Part shown: positions 16,476 to 25,174 of the stretch, piece by piece
How the letters are laid out: each line of letters starts with the position of its first letter
Numbering within the stretch: the stretch's first letter is position 1
NCBI RefSeq assembly: GCF_000284115.1
Contig: NC_017081.1
Span: 49,158-81,157, forward strand
Origin: Phycisphaera mikurensis NBRC 102666
GTDB taxonomy: Bacteria; Planctomycetota; Phycisphaerae; Phycisphaerales; Phycisphaeraceae
Direction of reading: 5' to 3'
Length of the DNA stretch: 32,000 bases
Program-made: the position numbers and the translations under genes
Notes under the pieces: generated by a model
Database searches by the model: none
Told to the model about the DNA's origin: nothing
What the model saw: the letters and a program-made list of their open reading frames with translations, nothing else

Positions 16476-19021
16476 CGGATCTCCAGGTAAATCGAGTCGG
16501 CCGACGCGTCGTCGGCGGAGAAGGCGTGGGACCATGTGCCCGGGGGGTCGACCCCGTCGTGGTCGGGTGCTCCGTCGGCGGGCTCGCTCGCGGCCTCGAC
16601 CGGAGTCCTCGCCCCGCCGCCCCGCCGCTTGCGGAACCACTCGACGAAGCGCTCACCGGAGAGGCCGAGCGCCTGCGCCTCGTCGAGCAGGGCTTGCTCC
16701 GCCTTGCCCGAAGCCCCCACCAACTCCAGCGCGAAAGAACCCAGCTCCAGGTCGAAGAGGCGGTTCCCCCGCTTGCTGCGAAAGAGGTATTCCCGCTTGG
16801 GCTGTGCCTCGGCGATCAGCCGCAGCTCCGCGTCGGTGAGGCCCCAGCCCCGGTAGATCTCTGCGGTGCTCGGGTCGAGCGCCCGGGCATTGGGCAGGTA
16901 GATCGCCGACGGGCAGCTTTCGATGAGGGCCGGGGCGATGGCCGAGGACGCGACGTCCGAGAGGCTCTGCGACGCGAACATCACGGCGACGTTCCGCTTC
17001 CGCAGGGTCTTCAGCCACTCGCGGATCTGCTCGGCGAAAAGACCGGACTCCAGATACGCCCACGCCTCGTCGAGAACGAGGAGCGTGGGCGCGCCGGCGA
17101 CCGTCTCTTGGGCGAAGCGGCGGTCGAGCCGGTGGAACAGGTACAGCAGCACCGGAGTCAGCGCGGGCGTCTTCCGCAGCTCCTCCATCTCGAAGGCCTG
17201 CCAGTCCGCCTCACGGAGGCTGTCGTGGTCAGAGTCGAGCAGCGTGCCGAAGCTGCCGCCGAGCGTGTAGTTCTGCAGCGCGTCCTTCAGGTCCGGATCC
17301 TGCACCAGCCCCCGAAAGATCGACAGCGTCCGCTGGGCCGGCTTGTCGAGGCGGCCCAGCCGCCCGAGTGCTTCGTAGATCGCGTTCACCTGCGAGGTGT
17401 CGGGCTTCAGGCCCGCGAGCGTCACCAGTTCCACAATCCAGTCCCGGGCCCAAGCCCGCTCGGCTTCGTCGTCCACGTCTCGCAGCGGCTGGAAGCTGAG
17501 TCCGCCCCCGTACTGCTGCCCCCCGAGGTCGTGGAACTCGCCGCCCACGGCCATCGTGAGCGCACGGCTGCTCCGCCCCACGTCGAAGATCACCACCCCG
17601 GCGCCCGGGTACCGCCTGAACTGGGCAGCGAGCGTGCCCAGCAGCACCGACTTGCCAGCGCCGGTCGGCCCGAGCACCAGCGTGTGGCCCACGTCCCCAT
17701 CGAAGAGGTCGAGCCGGAACGGCGTGGACCCCCGGGCGGCAGCGGTGAGCAGCGCCGGGCCCCGGAGGTGTTCACAGGTCTCGTTCCCTGCCCACACGCT
17801 GGTCAGCGGCATGAGGTCGCACAGGTTCAGCGAAGTCACCAGCGGTCGCCGCGCGTCCGCGTACACCTGTCCTGGAAGCGAGCCGAGCCACGCGTCGACC
17901 GCGTTGACCGTCTCGTGGATGCTGACGAGACCAAGACCGTCGAGCACCTGGGCGATGGCCCGCGCCCGGGAGGCGGCCTCGTCGGCGGTCGCGCCTGAGG
18001 TCGTCACCGTGAGGGTGAAGTTGCCCATCGTGTACAGGTCGTCCTGGAGGCCGGCGAGCGCTCCCTCCGCGTCCTGATGACGGGCGACCGCTTCCGCGTC
18101 CAGCTCGGGGCTCTCCTTCTTCGAGAGCGCCTCGCCGACGAGCGTCTTCATGCTCTTCCGCTTGCCGTACCACAGAGCCCGAACCCGCGAGACCTTCCGG
18201 ATGCCCTCTTCCCGGTTGTACGGCATCCACCGCGCGACCCACCGGTAGGGGATCCCCAAAGAATGAAGCCGGTCCAGCATCGCCGGCGTGGTGCTGCCCG
18301 GCCAGTGGCGGACGCCCACGATCGCGAGGTGGAGCTTGCCGAGCCTCGGGGCCATGCCGCCAACCAAGCGGGTGTCCGTGAGCAGACAATCGAGGTCCAT
18401 CGGCAGCTCCGGCCGCCGCAACCGCTTCGGCCGGTCGCTCACGCTGCCGTGCAGGAAGCTCACGAGGTCGTCGTCGGCGAGCAGCTCAACGCTCAGGAGC
18501 GTTGAGGCAAGCAAATCCCGGATGGCCAACACCGTGCGGCGGAACTCGCCCAGCTCGCCGCGGTAGTCGGCCCCGGAGCCGGTGGCCTCCTCTCCCTCCA
18601 GCAGCAGCTTCCGCACCGAAGTTTTTCGGTCGCTCGGCGGGAGGTAGGTGAAGGTGAGGAAATGCTCGGTCTCGTAGTGGGCCTCCTCCGCCTGGAAAGC
18701 GCGGCGCCGCTCCTCGTCGATCGTGTGGGTGATCGGGTCGGGAAAAGTTGAGTCCGGGTACGCGACGGAGGCCGTCCGCCTCGCCTCGAAGTGCAGACAC
18801 CACCGCGAGCCCAGACGCCGCAGCGCGTTGTTCGCCCGTGCCCGCAGCGACATCATCTCCGCCTCGGTGATGCTCTCCTTGTCCAACCCCCGGTAGCGGG
18901 CGACGGACATGAAAGCACCGTCCTTGTTCGACACCACGTCGGGGCCGAGCATCAGGCCCCAGAGGACAGAGTCGGCGAGCGCATCGCGTCGCTTTCGGCT
19001 TCGGTGGAGGTCCAGCGTCAT
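16472..19021 (-). CDS. trbE: Conjugal transfer ATPase TrbE (VirB4 family)
   Basis: 849 aa. Walker A LGPTGAGKSVLLGTL, Walker B PTLLVLDEAWAYL. Position after trbD. Confidence 0.95.
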   Translation of the reverse strand: MTLDLHRSRKRRDALADSVLWGLMLGPDVVSNKDGAFMSVARYRGLDKESITEAEMMSLRARANNALRRLGSRWCLHFEARRTASVAYPDSTFPDPITHTIDEERRRAFQAEEAHYETEHFLTFTYLPPSDRKTSVRKLLLEGEEATGSGADYRGELGEFRRTVLAIRDLLASTLLSVELLADDDLVSFLHGSVSDRPKRLRRPELPMDLDCLLTDTRLVGGMAPRLGKLHLAIVGVRHWPGSTTPAMLDRLHSLGIPYRWVARWMPYNREEGIRKVSRVRALWYGKRKSMKTLVGEALSKKESPELDAEAVARHQDAEGALAGLQDDLYTMGNFTLTVTTSGATADEAASRARAIAQVLDGLGLVSIHETVNAVDAWLGSLPGQVYADARRPLVTSLNLCDLMPLTSVWAGNETCEHLRGPALLTAAARGSTPFRLDLFDGDVGHTLVLGPTGAGKSVLLGTLAAQFRRYPGAGVVIFDVGRSSRALTMAVGGEFHDLGGQQYGGGLSFQPLRDVDDEAERAWARDWIVELVTLAGLKPDTSQVNAIYEALGRLGRLDKPAQRTLSIFRGLVQDPDLKDALQNYTLGGSFGTLLDSDHDSLREADWQAFEMEELRKTPALTPVLLYLFHRLDRRFAQETVAGAPTLLVLDEAWAYLESGLFAEQIREWLKTLRKRNVAVMFASQSLSDVASSAIAPALIESCPSAIYLPNARALDPSTAEIYRGWGLTDAELRLIAEAQPKREYLFRSKRGNRLFDLELGSFALELVGASGKAEQALLDEAQALGLSGERFVEWFRKRRGGGARTPVEAASEPADGAPDHDGVDPPGTWSHAFSADDASADSIYLEIR

Positions 19022-19024
19022 GCC

Positions 19025-19294
19025 TCACCGCGTGTGGAAGACCTTCGGCAGCCGCAGGTGCACCTGGCCGATCTCAAACCACTGCGGGTCGAGCCGGGTG
19101 AGCCACGTCGCCAATGCCCAACATCCCAGCCCCAGCGGGATTCCGAGGTACCAGAGCCCCAGCGACATCGTGATGATCAGTGAGACCATCAGGATGAGGA
19201 TCCCCACCGGCCGCGGGACACCCATCAGCAACACCGGCGTGACGAGGCTCACGTGCAGCGGCACCACCCAGCCCTCGGGGTGCTCGCTCCTCAC
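19025..19294 (-). CDS. trbD: Conjugal transfer protein TrbD (VirB3 family)
   Basis: 89 aa from GTG 19294, which overlaps the trbC stop (GTGA). VPLHVSLVTPVLLMGVPRPVGILILMVSLIITMSLG... is the VirB3-like two-TM pattern. The stop lies 3 nt before the trbE ATG. Confidence 0.75.
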   Translation of the reverse strand: MRSEHPEGWVVPLHVSLVTPVLLMGVPRPVGILILMVSLIITMSLGLWYLGIPLGLGCWALATWLTRLDPQWFEIGQVHLRLPKVFHTR

Positions 19295-19620
19295 AGCGCG
19301 AGCCCGAAGCCGAACAGCGGCAGCGCCCACGACCCGGCGGACGCGGCCACCGCGAGCCCCAACCCGATCTGCATGATCTTCACCATCGCGCCCCCGCCGG
19401 CGCCGAACATGAGCGTGATGCCGAACCCGACGACGGCGATGGTCCCCACGCCGATCGCCACCGGTCCCGAGATCGAGTTGGCCACCGCGTCGAGCGGGCC
19501 TTCCCACGGCATCGCACCGCCGCCGCCCGCGGCGCCAGCCGAGGCCGGCACCGAGGCCACGAGGGAAGCCGCCACCGTCATCAACGCCACACCGAACCGA
19601 CCACGCATCACGCCAGACAT
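19291..19620 (-). CDS. trbC: Conjugative pilin precursor TrbC (VirB2 family)
   Basis: ATG 19620 with AGGAG upstream. Signal sequence (..VASVPASAGAA), then MPWEGPLDAVANSISGPVAIGVGTIAVVGFGITLMFG and a second hydrophobic helix, the typical P-type pilin layout. Confidence 0.8.
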   Translation of the reverse strand: MSGVMRGRFGVALMTVAASLVASVPASAGAAGGGGAMPWEGPLDAVANSISGPVAIGVGTIAVVGFGITLMFGAGGGAMVKIMQIGLGLAVAASAGSWALPLFGFGLAL

Positions 19621-19679
19621 CTCGCTTCTCCTGAAGCCCCTCGGGGCCGTGTTGGGGGAACAGCCGGGCCTCGCCCGCC

Positions 19680-19708
19680 TTGTAGTGCTTATCCGTGGAA
19701 AGCATACA
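19680..19708 (-). repeat. Copy A of bipartite box TTGTAGTGCTT-N12-CATACA (gene strand: TGTATG-N12-AAGCACTACAA), in the trbB-trbC gap
   Basis: Copy A (19680-19708) and copy B (26281-26309) share an identical 11-mer and an identical hexamer at the same 23-nt offset: 21/29 identities, AT-rich in GC-rich DNA. Copy A lies 60-88 nt upstream of the trbC ATG. Confidence 0.6.
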
Positions 19709-19729
19709 TAAAGCGCCGAACACTGCTCT

Positions 19730-20701
19730 TCACCGCGTTCGGTAGCTGCCCGTCTGCGGGTCGTAGCCATCGACGTGCACGATCTCCTCGACCCTTCGCC
19801 CGTCGGCACCGCGGCGGATGCTGACCAGCACGTCCACCGCCTCGCCGATGGCCACGCGGTTGACGTTGACCGCCACCTCGGAGATCAGCTCCTCGAGCCG
19901 GCGAAGACCGGCGACCGCCCCGTCGGCGTGCAGCGTCCCGAGCCCGCCGGGGTGTCCGGTGTTCCACGCCTTCACCAGGTCCAGCGCCTCGCCCCCGCGC
20001 ACCTCGCCGATCACGATGCGGTCGGGCCGCATCCGCATGGTGTCGCGGAGCAGGTCTCGCAGCGTGGCCCCCGCGTTCTCGGCCACCCGCATCGAGACCG
20101 AGTCCGGCACCAGGCACTGCAGCTCGGCGGTGTCCTCGATGAGGATCACGCGGTCGCCGTGGAAGCCCTTCTCCGCGAGCAGCGCGTTGCAAAGCGTGGT
20201 TTTGCCTGAGCCCGTCCCCCCCACCACCACGATGTTCTTCCGCGTGTTCACCGCGTCCCGCAGCTCGGCGGCTTGGTTCTCTCGCATCGTGCCCGCGGAG
20301 ACGTAGTCGTCGAGCGTGAAGACCTGCGTCGACCGCTTCCGTAGCGAGAACGTTGGCGCCTCCACGATCGGCGGCAAGAGCGCGTGAAACCGCTCCCCGC
20401 TCTCCAGCACGCCCGAGGCCCGCGGGTGATTGCGGTCGGCCCGTACGCCCACCCGGTCCGCGAGCAGGCACACCAGGTTCTCGGCCGCGTGCGGATCCAG
20501 CTGCCCTGCGACGCGCCGCCCGGACGCGTGGGTGTCCAGCCAGATCCGCCCGTCGGGGTTCACGCAGACCTCCACCACGTCGGGGTCGATCAGCGCCGAG
20601 CGGATCACCGGCCCCAGGCAGGCGCTCAGTGCCTCTTGCTTCCGCGCCGACTCCCGCGCTCCGCCCAGGAGCGACCGCGTTCCTTCATCCGTGCTGATCA
20701 T
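19730..20701 (-). CDS. trbB: Conjugal transfer ATPase TrbB (VirB11 family)
   Basis: ATG 20701 (MISTDEG). Walker A VVGGTGSGKTTLCNALL, Asp/Glu boxes RVILIEDTAEL and RIVIGEVRGGEA, His box WNTGHPGGLGTLHA. Confidence 0.92.
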   Translation of the reverse strand: MISTDEGTRSLLGGARESARKQEALSACLGPVIRSALIDPDVVEVCVNPDGRIWLDTHASGRRVAGQLDPHAAENLVCLLADRVGVRADRNHPRASGVLESGERFHALLPPIVEAPTFSLRKRSTQVFTLDDYVSAGTMRENQAAELRDAVNTRKNIVVVGGTGSGKTTLCNALLAEKGFHGDRVILIEDTAELQCLVPDSVSMRVAENAGATLRDLLRDTMRMRPDRIVIGEVRGGEALDLVKAWNTGHPGGLGTLHADGAVAGLRRLEELISEVAVNVNRVAIGEAVDVLVSIRRGADGRRVEEIVHVDGYDPQTGSYRTR

Positions 20702-21161
20702 CCCGGGCCTCCCCCCTCGTGGCGTCCACGCCGAAGAGCAACTCTTCCAGACGGATGCTCCGCCCAAGAACCGAGGTCGACCGCCCCACCGTCTCGGCGA
20801 TGGCGTCCATCAGCCGCGAGAGCTTCAGGTCGGCCACCGCCCCGGCGGCCCGCTTCTCCTCCTCGGGGATGTCCGGGGTCACGGCGAACCACGCCCGCGC
20901 CAGCACCAGCACCGTCTCCAGCTGGATCTGCTGCCGCAACTCGAGCTTCCGCTGCCGCGTGCCCAAATCCAAGAGGTTGCGGTGGATCGACTCCAGTGCC
21001 GATTCCATCCCCCCCGCCAGGTACACACGCCGGCACGCCTCGTTCACGAGATCGCTGCGCGTGAGGGTGCCGCTGCGGCGTTCGAGTTGCTCGATGACCT
21101 CCGCATCGACAGTCACGGTCACACGGTGTCCGGGTGCCTTCTTCCTTCCATCTTTCTTCAC
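20685..21161 (-). CDS. CopG/RHH-family protein conserved between traG and trbB in Tn4371-type elements
   Basis: GTG 21161 overlaps the traG stop (GTGA). N-terminal RHH-like RVTVTVDAEVIEQLERRSGTLTRSDLVNEACRRVYL. Downstream ...ETVLVLARAWFAVTPDIPEEE matches the remembered family pattern (E.lalF.rfWl..TPp.p). Confidence 0.65.
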   Translation of the reverse strand: MKKDGRKKAPGHRVTVTVDAEVIEQLERRSGTLTRSDLVNEACRRVYLAGGMESALESIHRNLLDLGTRQRKLELRQQIQLETVLVLARAWFAVTPDIPEEEKRAAGAVADLKLSRLMDAIAETVGRSTSVLGRSIRLEELLFGVDATRGEARDDQHG

Positions 21162-23098
21162 AGGTCAAACCTCTCTCTGGGCGGTCCGAAGATCGCGTCG
21201 ATGTCTTCCATGGTGATCTCGCCCCCGTCGGGAAGCGGGACCGACGTAGGCCGGTGCACGGGCGTGGTTGGTGCCGGCACAGGGGGATCCGACTGTGTTC
21301 TGCCGGAGTGCCGCCACGGCGTTGACGCGTGCGCGACAACGAGGCTCGGGTTCTCCGGGGCTTCCCCCACATCCGGCAGCAGGCCCAACGCCACCACCCC
21401 GCGCCACTCCACCCCCGCGAGAGAGCCCGGCGGCCGGTGGCCACCGCCCACCGGCGGCGGGTGGAGCCGGCCGGTGAACCCGGGGTCCTCGAAGTAGCGG
21501 ACCTTCTTGGTCCGCATCGGCGGAGACCCGTTCACGAAGACGAGTTGCTCGTCGCTGGGCAGCTCCCGCACCTCGCCGGGATTGAGCAGCGGCCGCAGCT
21601 GCTCGCTCCGTGACTCCGTCCGCGAGCGGTGATCCAGCGGAGCCATCCGCCGCCGGCTGAAGCTGCTGCGGTGCTCCAGCACCGTGCCGGTCATCTTCGA
21701 GACCCGCTCCGCCGATTGGATGTCCGCGGAGGCGAAGGCCACCACGACGTGGCAGTTGTCCAGGACCGTGTTGTCGCGGCCGTAGGCCTCGGCGATGTCG
21801 CTGAAGGACTGGACGATCAGGTGGGCTTTCAGGCCGTAGCCGGCCATCTGGCGGAGGTTGTCCGCGATGAACGGCAGCTTGCCCAAGGTTGGGAACTCGT
21901 CGAGCTGCAGAAGCAGCTTGTGCTTCTTGGGCCTGCCTCGGTTGTCGGTCTCCAACTCCTGCATGAGGCAGCGGGAGATCTGGTAGAGCATCGCCCGGAC
22001 GAGCGGCCGCAGCCGGTCCGCGTCCGAGGGTGGGGGCTCGATGTAGAGCGTCATCGGGTGCTCCCCGACCATGAGGTCGGAGGCGCAGAAGTCCGACACG
22101 GAGGTCGCCGCCACAATCTCGGGATCCGCCCAGAGGATGAGGTAGCCCTCCATCGTGCCCCGCACGCTGGAGCAGAAGCGCTCGCCGTGCTCCGCGAGCG
22201 AGCGGGCGCACCGAGCGATCTCAGGGTGGACCACGGCTTCCCCCGTCTCCACGTCCACCTCGTGCAGCGTCCGCTGCATCACCTCCACTGTCTGCTCGAA
22301 GTCGAGGAGCAGCTCCCGGACCCGGCCGAGGTGCTTCTTGCCGTCGGGCTCGGTGAGGAGCACGTGCAAGATCAGCGCCGTCAAGAACTGCGACGAAGAC
22401 TGATCCCACACACTCAGGTCCGGCTTGCTCCCGCTGGGGTCGACGAGGATCGCCGCGAGGTTCTGCGCGTCCCGGACCATGTGCTCGCGGCGGATCTCCA
22501 GCAGCGGGTTGAAGCGGCAGGTGCCGGGACGCGTCGGTGCGAAGCGCACGCTGTGCCCGAACCGGTCGCGGAAACCGGCGGTGACCGCCCACAGCTCACC
22601 CTTGAGGTCGTACACGAGGGCGCTGCCCCGCCAGTTCAGGAGCGTGGGCACCACATGACCCGTTCCCTTGCCGCTGCGGCTCGCCCCCGCGACGAGCTGG
22701 TGCTCGGGGCCGTCGTAGGCGAGCAGTGCCGGCGTGCCCCGCGTGTCCTCCCACCGCCCCACCACCACCCCCTCCCGCTGCAGGAGCCCGGCGACGCGGG
22801 CGTCGCGGCGGGTGCCCCACTTGAAAGCGCCCACCGCCGTCACCGCGGGCGTGCTAAGGAGAAGCACCGCCCGCAACCCGGCGCCGGTGAAGACCAGGAC
22901 GGTGAGCCCCACCCCGACCGCCGCCAGCACCTCGGCAGGGTCCGGGATCGGACCAGCAAAACCGGTCAGGAGGGTCCACGGGCCGGCCCATGTGAGAGCC
23001 CGCGACGCCACGGAAGCCGACGCGCACGCGGCGGCGGTCACCGCCAGCACGCAGCCGCCGACTCCCCCCGCCACCAACAAGCGCCAGCGCCAGCTCAC
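21158..23098 (-). CDS. traG: Type IV coupling protein TraG (VirD4 family)
   Basis: 646 aa. Two N-terminal TM segments, Walker A GASRSGKGTGHVVPTLL, Walker B-like KLLLQLDEFPTLGKL. GTG 23098 overlaps the relaxase stop (GTGA). Confidence 0.92.
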   Translation of the reverse strand: MSWRWRLLVAGGVGGCVLAVTAAACASASVASRALTWAGPWTLLTGFAGPIPDPAEVLAAVGVGLTVLVFTGAGLRAVLLLSTPAVTAVGAFKWGTRRDARVAGLLQREGVVVGRWEDTRGTPALLAYDGPEHQLVAGASRSGKGTGHVVPTLLNWRGSALVYDLKGELWAVTAGFRDRFGHSVRFAPTRPGTCRFNPLLEIRREHMVRDAQNLAAILVDPSGSKPDLSVWDQSSSQFLTALILHVLLTEPDGKKHLGRVRELLLDFEQTVEVMQRTLHEVDVETGEAVVHPEIARCARSLAEHGERFCSSVRGTMEGYLILWADPEIVAATSVSDFCASDLMVGEHPMTLYIEPPPSDADRLRPLVRAMLYQISRCLMQELETDNRGRPKKHKLLLQLDEFPTLGKLPFIADNLRQMAGYGLKAHLIVQSFSDIAEAYGRDNTVLDNCHVVVAFASADIQSAERVSKMTGTVLEHRSSFSRRRMAPLDHRSRTESRSEQLRPLLNPGEVRELPSDEQLVFVNGSPPMRTKKVRYFEDPGFTGRLHPPPVGGGHRPPGSLAGVEWRGVVALGLLPDVGEAPENPSLVVAHASTPWRHSGRTQSDPPVPAPTTPVHRPTSVPLPDGGEITMEDIDAIFGPPRERFDL

Positions 23099-24972
23099 GC
23101 ACGCCCCCTCTCGTCGTCCGCACGCTCGGCCGCAAGCCGCACGCTCACACGCCCGCGCACAGACTCCGCCACCACAACGTCGCCCACTTGGAGCGCGGCA
23201 CCCGCGGGGTGTGCCTCAACGCTCACGCCGCCGGCATGCCGAAGCACCAGCCCACGCCCCTGGTGCAGACCCACACTGCCGAGCACCTCTGCATCCGCCG
23301 CACGCGGCGCCCGAAGCCGAGCGGGCGTGGCCCCATGCTCCGCCGCGGCATCGGCGGTGGCTGCGTCCAGCTCCGCGTCGCGCAACGCCCGCACCGCCCC
23401 GGGGGTGAACCGCCACCCCCCCGCCGCCCCGGCGGGATCACGCTCCGCCAACCCGCGTTCGCCCAGCCGCTCTCCGCGCCGCCCGGCCCACGCCTCTGCC
23501 CCGGGCCATGCCGGGGTTTCGCGGCCGGAGAGGATCCGGTCCAATGGGGTCCACGCTGGCGAGTCGACGTACCGCTCCGGCGCCTCCACGAGCAGCACAC
23601 GCGCCGACACCCTCGGTGGCTCCGCCCCGCCGCCCGCGCGGAGCCGGGCCGCCGCGGCCGGATCGAGCCGGTGGCCTCCCTCCTGTTCCACCGCGAGCCC
23701 GCGGTTCACCAGGAACGCGAGCCGCCGCCGTTCCGACTCCCTTCCCGCCTCACTCCCCTCGGGGTGCTCCGTGCCGATCCGGTCGCCGTCCAGCCGTAGC
23801 GCCAGCCCGGCGTCGGCCCAGTGCCGCCCGCCGTCCTCCAGTGAGACCAGACCGCCGGCTCGGACGTGTGGGGCCGCGTGCGCCGGGACCTCGGCGTAGA
23901 CGAGCCCCACCTTCTCCCGCAGCAGCACGAATCCGTGCTGCCCGCCCCGGGTGAGCCCCGCCGCCACCACCTCGCCGATCACCGGCGTCTCGGGCGGCTC
24001 TCCGCAACACCGGCGGGTCACCGGTGCCTCCGCGCCCGCGACGCGTCGAACCTCGGTGCCGATGCGCTCCCGCTCCTGAGACTGGCGAAGGACGTTCAGA
24101 AAGTCGGGCTCGACCCTGAAGACGCGTGCGCCCCGCCGCTTCGCGAGCCCCATCCTTTCGAGGTGCTGGAGCCGGCCCGCGAGGTGAGGACGGATGGTGT
24201 CGTTGGTTGGCGCGGTGGCGAGGTCGATCCGGCCCGCGTCCTGCACCCGATCCAGCACGCGGTCGAGTCCGGTGACGCCCGCCGCCTGCGCCTCCCGCTG
24301 GTACGCCTCCCGCACCTGGTCGAGCGTCCGCGGCCCCAGTTCGGCGGTCGCCCGCTCCTGGGCGAGCGTGCGGATGTCGGTACTGACCGCGGCGCGAAAA
24401 AGACGCAACTCCTTCCCATCCGCGACGCCGCGGAGCGCGACGTGGGCGTGGACTTGGTCGGTATTGGTGTGAATCGCCCCCACCCACTCGAGCTCCCGCC
24501 CGAGGTGCTGGCTGACGTCCCGCATCAGGTCTCGCGTGTACGCCTCTATCGAAGCGAGTCCGTGGCCCGCTTCGGGGCTCACGATGAGCCGGTAGTGGTG
24601 CCGGTCGAGCGCCCAGGACTTCACGATCACGGCCCGCTCGGGTTCCCTCGCCGCGTCGGCGGTGAAGAAGGTCGGCCGACCTTCCCCGGCCTCGGCGTCC
24701 TCTCGCTGGAGGTAGCGCAGGTGCTCTGCGAGGTTCCCTGCCTTGCCGCCCGCCGCCCCGGAACGGGGTCCCGCGTGCATCCGGTAGCGGATCTTCACCA
24801 GCACCCGCTGCTGACTGCTCGGTGTCGCGGCCGCGGTGCGGGCGCTGGCCCCACCGAGTCGGACGGAAGCTCGCCGGGCGAGACGCTGGCCCAACGCTGC
24901 TGATGCGCTCTGCGGGCGGGACCCGCCGCCGAAGCGGGGGCGGAAGTCGTCATCGAGCGGGGCGTGCGCCAT
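23095..24972 (-). CDS. Relaxase/mobilisation nuclease with DUF3363-type C-terminus (RlxS/VirD2-like)
   Basis: ATG 24972. DDDFRPRFGG, HLRYLQRED (Tyr motif), DRHHYRLIVSPEAG and HTNTDQVHAHVALRG (His-triad motif) match the conserved blocks of Tn4371-type relaxases as I recall them (DDDFxPRxG, HLRYLQRD, DRHxFRxIVS.EDG, HxNTxxPHxHIVLRG). Confidence 0.88.
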   Translation of the reverse strand: MAHAPLDDDFRPRFGGGSRPQSASAALGQRLARRASVRLGGASARTAAATPSSQQRVLVKIRYRMHAGPRSGAAGGKAGNLAEHLRYLQREDAEAGEGRPTFFTADAAREPERAVIVKSWALDRHHYRLIVSPEAGHGLASIEAYTRDLMRDVSQHLGRELEWVGAIHTNTDQVHAHVALRGVADGKELRLFRAAVSTDIRTLAQERATAELGPRTLDQVREAYQREAQAAGVTGLDRVLDRVQDAGRIDLATAPTNDTIRPHLAGRLQHLERMGLAKRRGARVFRVEPDFLNVLRQSQERERIGTEVRRVAGAEAPVTRRCCGEPPETPVIGEVVAAGLTRGGQHGFVLLREKVGLVYAEVPAHAAPHVRAGGLVSLEDGGRHWADAGLALRLDGDRIGTEHPEGSEAGRESERRRLAFLVNRGLAVEQEGGHRLDPAAAARLRAGGGAEPPRVSARVLLVEAPERYVDSPAWTPLDRILSGRETPAWPGAEAWAGRRGERLGERGLAERDPAGAAGGWRFTPGAVRALRDAELDAATADAAAEHGATPARLRAPRAADAEVLGSVGLHQGRGLVLRHAGGVSVEAHPAGAALQVGDVVVAESVRGRVSVRLAAERADDERGRA

Positions 24973-25174
24973 CCAAACCCCCTTTCTGCAAAGGCTTACG
25001 GACAACGCTGCACACGAGAGCGAGGGTGAAGTCGCGTAAACCAGTTCCCTCGAACGACTTACGCAAGACCTTTTTTCCTTTATCTTGCACTACATCCAAA
25101 CTCATTCTGATCTCCTCTTCCTTCTTCCTGTCTCCTGATTTCGTCGCCGCCAGGCGACGAAATGCCCGCTGAGT
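24973..25174. promoter_or_regulatory. Candidate oriT / relaxase promoter region
   Basis: The only sizeable AT-rich gap in the transfer operon, directly upstream of the relaxase. It contains an 11-bp perfect hairpin ATTTCGTCGCC-gcca-GGCGACGAAAT (25138-25163), the pair GCAAGA...TCTTGC (25063-25068 / 25083-25088), and TATCTTGCAC (25081-25090), which resembles the RP4/T-border nick core ATCCTG^C. Confidence 0.3.

Noticed and set aside
14539-24903. Long plus-strand ORFs opposite the T4SS genes (14539..16074, 16403..17998, 20430..21497, 21629..23899, 23866..24903)
   Set aside because: Each lies antisense to a gene with clear Trb/TraG/relaxase signatures. Their translations are Arg/Pro/Gly-rich low-complexity sequence. 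No independent start or RBS support.
25138-25163. 11-bp perfect hairpin after the traF stop considered as an intrinsic terminator
   Set aside because: No U/T tract follows the stem on either strand. It is more consistent with a protein-binding or oriT-type inverted repeat. The GC hairpin at 5090-5108 was rejected as a terminator for a different reason: it is followed by only a weakly T-rich stretch and no upstream plus-strand gene ends nearby.
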